From positions 38,511 through 102,510 of the forward strand of contig JAJFVA010000018.1 of NCBI GenBank assembly GCA_021371995.1: 64,000 nt of DNA. The letters are read 5' to 3'. The notes below the pieces were generated by a model. The model was not told the origin of the DNA. It was given only the letters and a program-made list of their open reading frames with translations, and did not search any database. Positions 57,610-64,000 of this stretch are shown piece by piece; within the stretch, counting starts at the first letter, position 1; each line of letters starts with the position of its first letter. The stretch comes from Methanoregulaceae archaeon (GTDB taxonomy: Archaea; Halobacteriota; Methanomicrobia; Methanomicrobiales; Methanospirillaceae). Both the position numbers and the translations under genes were made by a program.

Positions 57610-58209
57610 ATGGCAAAGAGGAGTTACGGGGGAATTATCGCAATTATCATTGCAATGATACTGATATTCTCCTACAGTATCCCCGGGGTCCGGGATGCCG
57701 TCGGTGGTGCTATTGATGTCATCTTCGGTCCTCTTGCTCACAATCTTCCGTTTTATATCTTTATTGTTGTCCTGTCTACCCTTACCGCAGTCTACTCCTC
57801 GATCATCCAGAAGTACACCATCGATTATGACAAGATGCAGGAAACCCAGGAGCGGATGAAAGTCTTTCAGAAGGAATACCGGGAAGCGCAGCTCTCGGGA
57901 GATGAAAAGAGGGTAAAAAAGCTCGATGCCAAACGGGATAAGATGATGAAAGATCAGCTCGAAATGTCCCAGCAGCAGTTCAAGCCGATGGCATATATCC
58001 TCATTTTATCGGTGCCCATCTTCTTCTGGCTCCTCTACCGTCTGAACAATTTCCCTGAAAACATCGGAATCACCATGCCCTTCTTCGGCCCCCATCTCCT
58101 CTCTGATTTTGTACTAGGCCCGATCCCGGCATGGATTCTCTGGTACATGATCTGCTCCCTTACCATCAGCCAGGTGGTCAGGAAATCCCTCAATATCGGG
58201 GGCATCTGA
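57610..58209 (+). CDS. DUF106/EMC3-TMCO1-like membrane protein (archaeal Oxa1/YidC-superfamily insertase candidate, MJ0480 family)
   Basis: 199 aa with three TM segments and a long charged coiled-coil loop (KMQETQERMKVFQKEYREAQLSGDEKRVKKLDAKRDKMMKDQLEM). It sits in the conserved secY-adk-cmk neighbourhood. Confidence 0.75.
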   Translation: MAKRSYGGIIAIIIAMILIFSYSIPGVRDAVGGAIDVIFGPLAHNLPFYIFIVVLSTLTAVYSSIIQKYTIDYDKMQETQERMKVFQKEYREAQLSGDEKRVKKLDAKRDKMMKDQLEMSQQQFKPMAYILILSVPIFFWLLYRLNNFPENIGITMPFFGPHLLSDFVLGPIPAWILWYMICSLTISQVVRKSLNIGGI

Positions 58210-58745
58210 TGCGGATAACAGTGAGTGGTCTTCCCGGAAGCGGGACCACCTCACTGGCGCGACACCTTGCAGATATCCTTCGGATTGACCTTATCTCCGC
58301 CGGCGAAGTGTTCCGGCAGATGGCACAGGAGCACGGGATGGAGCTGGCGGAATTCGGAAGACTCGCCGAATCAAACCCCTCCTTTGACAGGCTTATCGAT
58401 GTCCGGCAGAAGGAGATTGCCCTTGCTCATGACGATATCGTAGTTGAAGGACGGCTTTCAGGATGGTTTGTCCCAGAAGCAGACCTGAAAATCTGGCTCT
58501 ATGCGTCCCCTGAATGCAGGGTCACCCGGATCCAGGCCCGGGATATTATTGGAAATCCACTTGCCGCAGCCCTCATGACGCGTGAGCGGGAGTCCAGTGA
58601 AGCGATACGTTATAAAACCTATTATGGAATTGATATCGGGGACATGTCCCCTTACCATATGGTGCTGAATTCTGAGCGGTTTGGTGTGGAGGAGCTCGGT
58701 TCTATTGTCTGTTCTGCAATAGGAATTCTCAGGGAGCGGACCTGA
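58209..58745 (+). CDS. cmk: cytidylate kinase, archaeal type
   Basis: ORF trimmed to ATG 58209, which overlaps the upstream stop. The sequence reads MRITVSGLPGSGTTSLARHLA. Confidence 0.9.
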   Translation: MRITVSGLPGSGTTSLARHLADILRIDLISAGEVFRQMAQEHGMELAEFGRLAESNPSFDRLIDVRQKEIALAHDDIVVEGRLSGWFVPEADLKIWLYASPECRVTRIQARDIIGNPLAAALMTRERESSEAIRYKTYYGIDIGDMSPYHMVLNSERFGVEELGSIVCSAIGILRERT

Positions 58746-58891
58746 AGCAGGTGCCGGTTTACGTTTCCTGGCCGCATATCCATTCATTCTTCCATCGGAA
58801 TTTACAATTGGTAAACGTAACCGGGGAAAAGACCTATCTGTATATATTCAGACACAGAATATGTTTTTACGTTAACCGGGGCTCTTTGAAA

Positions 58892-59314
58892 ATGGAATCT
58901 GACATTTCCGTGCATATCGTAAAAGAGTGGGAGAGCACTGCCCTGGTGAATCTGTATAAGGCAGGGGGGTGGTGGTTGCAGGATCATGATCCTGCTCACC
59001 TGCCTGATCTGGTCAGGTCAAGTTTTGCTTTTGCGGTTGCGGTCGATGGTGCAACCGGGCGATCGGTAGGAATGGGCAGGGTCATATCTGACGGTGTTGC
59101 TGATGGCTATATCCAGGATCTGGTGGTGGTTCCCGAATTCCGTGGAAAAGGGGTGGGACGGAAGATCATCAGGACACTTCTGGCGTTCTGCTATGAAAGA
59201 AAAATAACCTGGATCGGCCTGATTGCAGAGCCGGGGACTGAGGATTTTTATGCATCGATCGGTTTTTCCCGTATGAAGGATCATATCCCGATGCGATATC
59301 GCGGGAGGCTGTAA
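58892..59314 (+). CDS. GNAT-family N-acetyltransferase
   Basis: ORF 58751..59314 trimmed to MESDISVHIV. The acetyl-CoA motif reads IQDLVVVPEFRGKGVGRKIIRTLL. Confidence 0.8.
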   Translation: MESDISVHIVKEWESTALVNLYKAGGWWLQDHDPAHLPDLVRSSFAFAVAVDGATGRSVGMGRVISDGVADGYIQDLVVVPEFRGKGVGRKIIRTLLAFCYERKITWIGLIAEPGTEDFYASIGFSRMKDHIPMRYRGRL

Positions 59315-59319
59315 AAGAG

Positions 59320-60228
59320 ATGATGTCGGGATCTGATTTCTCCCCGGTAACTATGGCAGACAGGCAGCTGTTCCTCTCCCATTACCGGAAATTCCCACAG
59401 GTTCATTCGGACAATACCTTTACCAATATAATCTGCTGGAATCCCTATGCCCATTACCGGTATGCGTATTTGAATGAAAACCTCCTCATCTCAAGTACTA
59501 TCGAGGGAAGGACCTCATTTCGCCCGCCAATTGGCCCAAGGGATCCGGAACTCCTTGCTGACCTGATGGAATTGTGTATCAAAGAGGGGGATGAGACCCC
59601 TCTCGCCCTCATCAATGCAGCGCAGCGTGCATGGATCCTCTCAGAATACCCTGACCTCCCCCTTCACCCGGATCTGAATTACTTCGAATATGTGTATCGT
59701 ACAGAAGATCTTGCCAGTCTTCCCGGAAAGGACTACCTGTCTATACGGCGACACCTTAACAAGTTCCGGAAGAACTGTAAACCTACTGTGGAAGCTATTG
59801 ATAACCGGAACCAGGATGAGGTAAATGAATTTCTCATTGAATGGTGTGAATGGAAAAACTGCGATGGCGAACCCTTTCTGGCGCATGAGAAGGAGGCCGT
59901 AATCTATGCCCTCTCCAGCATGGAAGAACTTGGACTATCAGGGCTCCTGATCCGGGTCGTTTCGAAAGTCGGCGCCATCTCCCTCTTTGAGCCTCTGAAT
60001 GAAGATACCCTGGTGGTTCATTTTGAAAAAGGGCTGCCTGATTGTGAAGGGATTTACAAGGCAATCAATGCGGAAACGGCGTTTTATGCCAGGGACCGGT
60101 TCCGCTTCATCAATCGTGAGAGTGATATGGGGGTTCCCGGGCTCCGGGAGGCAAAGATGCGGTATCATCCCCATCACATGGTTGAGGTCTGGCATGCCTC
60201 ACGGGAGGATATTGAACGGGTAGTATGA
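59320..60228 (+). CDS. DUF2156-domain protein (homologue of the MprF C-terminal aminoacyl-tRNA-dependent transferase domain)
   Basis: 302 aa with SDNTFTNIICWNPY..Y, YFEYVYRTEDLASLPGKDYLSIRRHLNKF and INRESDMGVPGLREAKMRYHP. These patterns fit my recollection of DUF2156/LPG_synthase_C. It starts 5 nt after the GNAT gene. Confidence 0.65.
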   Translation: MMSGSDFSPVTMADRQLFLSHYRKFPQVHSDNTFTNIICWNPYAHYRYAYLNENLLISSTIEGRTSFRPPIGPRDPELLADLMELCIKEGDETPLALINAAQRAWILSEYPDLPLHPDLNYFEYVYRTEDLASLPGKDYLSIRRHLNKFRKNCKPTVEAIDNRNQDEVNEFLIEWCEWKNCDGEPFLAHEKEAVIYALSSMEELGLSGLLIRVVSKVGAISLFEPLNEDTLVVHFEKGLPDCEGIYKAINAETAFYARDRFRFINRESDMGVPGLREAKMRYHPHHMVEVWHASREDIERVV

Positions 60229-60346
60229 GGCAGCAGCCCCCTTCTCATTGTCTTTGTGCTTTACCGCGTCCTAGTATTTTTCGGGTAAGAAAAAATTTCT
60301 GCCTTTTACCGCCCAGTTATCTCACCACGAAAAGGATGTTTTGGGA

Positions 60347-60976
60347 TCAGCGGACGTTCAGAGAGAATGAGTAGATAGTCCCATAGTCCTGGAGAAGACC
60401 GATAATCCCGTCTGCAATGATGCTTACGGCAATCGCCGCGACGAGCATCCCAAGGATCTTTGCGAGTATCTCGGTCACGCAGTTTCCAAGCATCTTCTGT
60501 ATCTGAAACGAGAACCGGAGCACGATCCAGGTAGCAGCAAGCACGAGCGCAATTGCGACTGCCGTAATAAACATGCCATTTGCTTCTGAGAGAAGGAGGA
60601 CCGTTGTGATCGTACCGGGGCCGCACAGGAGGGGAGTCCCGATAATCACCCCTGCTGCGGTGGGGGTATGCTCTTTTGTCCTGCCGATATCAATGCCGAG
60701 TGCCATCTGGAGACCCAGGAGAAAGAGCAGGATACCTCCTGCAACCTGGAAACTCGAGAGAGTGATACCAAGGGTATCAAAGATAAAAAAGTTGAAGAAC
60801 AGAAACAGGTACATCAGGAAGCCTGCAACCGCTACGGCAATAAGCGCCTGCCGGTTTATCTCAGCTGAGCCCTGGCCATGGGTCATCGAATTAAATATCG
60901 GGACAGAGAGGAGGGGATCGAGGATGACAAAGAGGGCTGAGAATGAATAAACCAGTACTCCGGGAATATCTGCCAT
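60347..60976 (-). CDS. marC: MarC-family (UPF0056) integral membrane protein
   Basis: 209 aa with 6 TM segments and FVILDPLLSVPIF near the N terminus. Confidence 0.8.
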   Translation of the reverse strand: MADIPGVLVYSFSALFVILDPLLSVPIFNSMTHGQGSAEINRQALIAVAVAGFLMYLFLFFNFFIFDTLGITLSSFQVAGGILLFLLGLQMALGIDIGRTKEHTPTAAGVIIGTPLLCGPGTITTVLLLSEANGMFITAVAIALVLAATWIVLRFSFQIQKMLGNCVTEILAKILGMLVAAIAVSIIADGIIGLLQDYGTIYSFSLNVR

Positions 60977-61316
60977 ATCTCATCATCATTCTCCTTATTT
61001 CAGAATAAAGGAATGGTGGACGGAACTTACCAGTTAGCAGGAGGCAGGCCCTGTGATACGCAGGAAAAACCGGTGGTCAATCAACCAGAACGTGAAAAGA
61101 GACTGCCTTCCCGAATGGGGTGCTCCGGGTATGACCTCGCCTGATAGATAGGGGGGTTGATGCCAGATTCTGGGGGTGTCCGGCAAAACGAAGAAACCAG
61201 GGGGCATATCCGTGAGCATTGTACTATCAGCACGGTGGAATAAAAACTTTCACCATTTACCCCGGCACGCCACTGGTTTTCAAGAGTGAAAGAGGGATGC
61301 CTTGGTACGGGAAATC

Positions 61317-62681
61317 TCAGACTCTCCTGTCTACCAGCCGTTTCGGCCTTCCTTTGATTCGGGAGAGTTCAAGCCCGCCGGGTTCTGTGAATGAGAATAC
61401 GAGAGAAAACGTGTCGCCGGAGAGATGCAGGAGGGCTGCTTTGTAACGGTAAAGTGATGTACGGAAGTGCTCCATCACGAGTTCTCTCTCAACGGCAGAA
61501 AGGTCAGTCTTTGCCTCCATGCTCACCCGGAGGACTGTTTCATCAGTCTCTTCACTCTCGTAGATGAATGCCTCGTATTCTCCTGTCAGATACTCCATGT
61601 TCTCCCTCTGGAAGACCCCCCGCTCGATATCCACCCTGTTTACCGGTGTCCCGAGTATCCACACCGTCTCCGCTTCACGCTGGGGATTCATAATCTTCAT
61701 GTGGGTTCTTCCGCAGGGGCAGGGATCCCGTGTGGTCACGACTGTGGTATCTTCCGTATCATAATTGATGAGGAGTGTTCCTGCACGGCCCCCTACAGGG
61801 AGGAGCGTGGTGAGAACTGCCCTCCCGCATTCCCCGTCACTGACAAAATCATCAAGCGCAGGATCGTATACATCGAGATGAACCAGGTCTTCTGGCACAT
61901 GAAGGCCCTGCCGGACCCGGCATTCCCCGCACATCGTCCCCTCGGTGCTGCCATACGTGTTGAAGACATCGCGGTCCCAGACCTCCGACAGGTACGCCCT
62001 CGATTCATCGGCAAAACTTTCCCCTCCGACAATCAGCCCCTTGACGGAGGACTCTTCGGGCCTGATCCCTTCGTCCTTCATGCGTTCAGCAAGGTGGAGT
62101 AGTTTGAAGACACTGCCGACAATCCCGGTCGGCTGGTAACTGCTGATGATCCTGCCGGGAAAACTGCAGTTCCCTATCGGGATGATTGTTGCCCGGATAT
62201 CACGGGCAGCAAGGGTCATCGTGTTTGCCCCTACATTCATCCCGTACGATGCGCAGATAACAAGCCTGTCCCCCTTGGAGAAACCTTGGGAAACAAAACT
62301 CCTTGCATATTTCTCTGCATAACGGAGCCAGTCGTCCCAGGTGAGGAAAAAACTCTTTGGTGTCCCGGATGTTCCGGAGGTCTCGTGAATCGTAAACACC
62401 TCGTCCCATTCCACGCTCCTGAACCTGAACTCATTTACGACTGGCGGCTGGTTCTCCCTGATGGTCTTTCCGGATATGACAGGAAGATGAACCAGGTCTT
62501 CGTGGGTTCTCACTGATCCGGGGTCTATCCGGTGTTGCCGGAACCAGGCGCGGTAAAAGGGTGAATGTTCAACAGCGTAGCGGATGGTATACCGAACTCG
62601 TTCATCAACAAGGTTATTGAGGTCTTCGCGCAGAAGGCGCTCGACCTCCTCCCTGAAAAAGCCACTCCCCTCCATTGCCAT
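61317..62681 (-). CDS. adenylate-forming enzyme of the phenylacetate-CoA ligase / coenzyme F390 synthetase family
   Basis: 454 aa with the AMP-binding core HETSGTSGTPK, YGSTE and the PaaK-like domain order. Confidence 0.8.
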   Translation of the reverse strand: MAMEGSGFFREEVERLLREDLNNLVDERVRYTIRYAVEHSPFYRAWFRQHRIDPGSVRTHEDLVHLPVISGKTIRENQPPVVNEFRFRSVEWDEVFTIHETSGTSGTPKSFFLTWDDWLRYAEKYARSFVSQGFSKGDRLVICASYGMNVGANTMTLAARDIRATIIPIGNCSFPGRIISSYQPTGIVGSVFKLLHLAERMKDEGIRPEESSVKGLIVGGESFADESRAYLSEVWDRDVFNTYGSTEGTMCGECRVRQGLHVPEDLVHLDVYDPALDDFVSDGECGRAVLTTLLPVGGRAGTLLINYDTEDTTVVTTRDPCPCGRTHMKIMNPQREAETVWILGTPVNRVDIERGVFQRENMEYLTGEYEAFIYESEETDETVLRVSMEAKTDLSAVERELVMEHFRTSLYRYKAALLHLSGDTFSLVFSFTEPGGLELSRIKGRPKRLVDRRV

Positions 62682-62763
62682 AACATATCTTTCCAGTCAG
62701 TATATAGATTCCCGGAGGAATGACCATGGAAGCAGGTCCTTTCAGGAATATCAGGGTCTCATG

Positions 62764-63453
62764 TTACCCGAAAAATCCTTTCTGCAGATCACCAGTCTGT
62801 GAGTACCCCCGCTCCTCCCAGTACCCGCGGTAGGCCGGGTCATCCGACACCTCGATCCTTGTCACCCACTTGATCCACTTGTAACCCCATCGATCTTCTG
62901 CAACCAGCTGGAAGGGAAAACCTCTCTCGGCAGGGAGAACCACACCATTCATGGAATGTGCCAGGAGAATGTCGCGGTCTTTTATGTACTCAATAGGTAG
63001 GGATGTCGAATACCCGTCTGCTGCATAAAAAATGACGGTATTTGCGGCTGGATTTACTCCTGCACTGGTAAGCAGGTCTTCTACCCTGACACCCTTCCAG
63101 AGTATTGTCACTTCCCACCCCTCAACACAGAAGAGGGTGACCTTTTTCTCATAGGCCGGATACCCTTTCAAAATCTCATCATATGAGAGGGAGATAGGAC
63201 GCGTTACAAGACCGCTTATCTCCAGCATGTATGCTGACTGGTTGATATACTGGGGTCCCCGGATAGAATTTTCATGAAAATCGGCGATGGATGAGAGTCG
63301 TTCCCCCTCATAATCCCTCACCTCAACAGGGGTCAGTAAGGTGATGTTCTGATCCTGTGTTCCCGGAACTAATCCAGGGTTTATGATGGAGACTGCTGCA
63401 ACTGCCACAATGACAAGGGTGATGATAATAATTACGGCAGGGATTTTTCCCAT
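62764..63453 (-). CDS. membrane-anchored molybdopterin-binding oxidoreductase domain protein (sulfite-oxidase fold, YedY/MsrP-like)
   Basis: 229 aa with an N-terminal TM helix, LFCVEGWEV (candidate Mo-ligand Cys) and GFPFQLVAEDRWGYKWIKWV. Confidence 0.75.
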   Translation of the reverse strand: MGKIPAVIIIITLVIVAVAAVSIINPGLVPGTQDQNITLLTPVEVRDYEGERLSSIADFHENSIRGPQYINQSAYMLEISGLVTRPISLSYDEILKGYPAYEKKVTLFCVEGWEVTILWKGVRVEDLLTSAGVNPAANTVIFYAADGYSTSLPIEYIKDRDILLAHSMNGVVLPAERGFPFQLVAEDRWGYKWIKWVTRIEVSDDPAYRGYWEERGYSQTGDLQKGFFG

Positions 63454-63592
63454 GCAATCTTCCCCGTTTGTTCTTCTACGTGGTAATTCTTAAGCATGCG
63501 TATGATAGTATCCGGGTACCATTCACCTATGTTTCCATAAAAAATAGATTTATCTGGTTGAAATGAATCTCTAGATTAGAGAAGAGGAAACC

Positions 63593-63976
63593 ATGCCATC
63601 GGCAAAGCGTTACAAATGCAAAGTCTGCGGGTATATCTATTCTCCGTTAAGGGGCGAGCCGCATAACGGAATTCCCGCAGGGACTGAATTTGATGATCTC
63701 CCTGACTCCTATATCTGCCCGATATGCGGGATGCAGGGCAAGGGCAAGGTAGGAAAATGGGGATTTGATGAGTGGGTCCCGACCCGGTGGGTCTGTTCCG
63801 TGTGCGGGTATGTGTACGACCAGAAACGGGGCGAGCCGCACCGCGGAATCAAGGCCGGAACAGCCTTTGAGGATCTTCCGGATGATTATACCTGCCCGGT
63901 ATGTGCTCTTGACCCTAAGATCAAAGTCCAGTTCGGGAAGGTATTCAAGCAGGGCTTCGAACCGCTCGAGGTCTGA
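63593..63976 (+). CDS. tandem (two-domain) rubredoxin
   Basis: 127 aa with two complete rubredoxin units: [13 protein letters not shown] and [13 protein letters not shown]. Confidence 0.85.
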   Translation: MPSAKRYKCKVCGYIYSPLRGEPHNGIPAGTEFDDLPDSYICPICGMQGKGKVGKWGFDEWVPTRWVCSVCGYVYDQKRGEPHRGIKAGTAFEDLPDDYTCPVCALDPKIKVQFGKVFKQGFEPLEV

Positions 63977-64000
63977 TAAAAATCAGCCTCTCTTTTTAAC

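Noticed and set aside
1-64000. A whole-window look for CRISPR arrays, IS elements, transposases, integrases, prophage genes, toxin-antitoxin pairs and known defence systems.
   Set aside because: I saw no regularly spaced direct repeats. No ORF has a DDE/HUH transposase, tyrosine/serine recombinase, Cas, or typical defence-domain signature. The only nucleic-acid-modifying accessory gene is the orphan methyltransferase reported above.

Overview
This 64-kb segment reads as core chromosome of a methanogenic euryarchaeon, probably Methanomicrobiales-like. Evidence for that placement is mer, mtd, mptA, an MfnE-like kinase, tfx, nrpR, archaeal SRP RNA and an S-layer protein with a PGF-CTERM signal.

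The window holds about 85 tightly packed CDS on both strands, 7 tRNAs and 1 SRP RNA. All calls come from reading the supplied translations, plus my own translations where the ORF track had gaps. No database search was possible.

Layout:
- 0-13 kb: mptA (partial), ilvC, purL, aIF2-beta, rpoL, an AAA ATPase with an MBL hydrolase, two M24 peptidases, tRNA-Asn and tRNA-CAU, SRP RNA, mdh, and EF-1beta with a Zn-ribbon gene.
- 13-31 kb: MfnE-like kinase, exported PLD protein, small regulators, nadC and nadX, MtaB-type radical SAM enzyme, an A/T-rich two-gene islet, tRNA-Ile, iorAB, an orphan DNA methyltransferase, tRNA-Ser, cbf5, hemD, nop5 and fibrillarin, tRNA-Gln, thyA.
- 31-44 kb: S-layer gene, AMP phosphorylase, repeat surface protein, tRNA-Arg, dut, nrpR, divergent FtsZ-like gene, mer, GalT-like gene, mtd, tfx.
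- 44.4-58.7 kb: the canonical archaeal ribosomal protein cluster from L3 to L15, followed by secY, adk, a DUF106 gene and cmk.
- 58.9-64 kb: GNAT and DUF2156 pair, marC, F390-synthetase-like ligase, Moco oxidoreductase, tandem rubredoxin.

I found no CRISPR array, rRNA, transposase, integrase or recognisable defence island.

The most interesting unexplained signal is the 580-nt ORF-poor gap upstream of rpl3 (43.83-44.41 kb). It contains a TATA-like box followed by several perfect hairpins, which I treat as a candidate novel ncRNA, and then a highly structured leader.

Secondary points:
- mdh starts 13 nt after the SRP RNA.
- The CAU tRNA looks like tRNA-Ile2.
- aIF2-beta carries a C-terminal TRAM domain.
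- The FtsZ-family gene has a degenerate GTP-binding signature.
- An orphan beta-class DNA methyltransferase sits next to tRNA-Ser.
- An archaeal GNAT and DUF2156 gene pair is present.

Two genes shorter than 60 aa are missing from the ORF track and were added by hand: uS14 and the Zn-ribbon gene upstream of EF-1beta.
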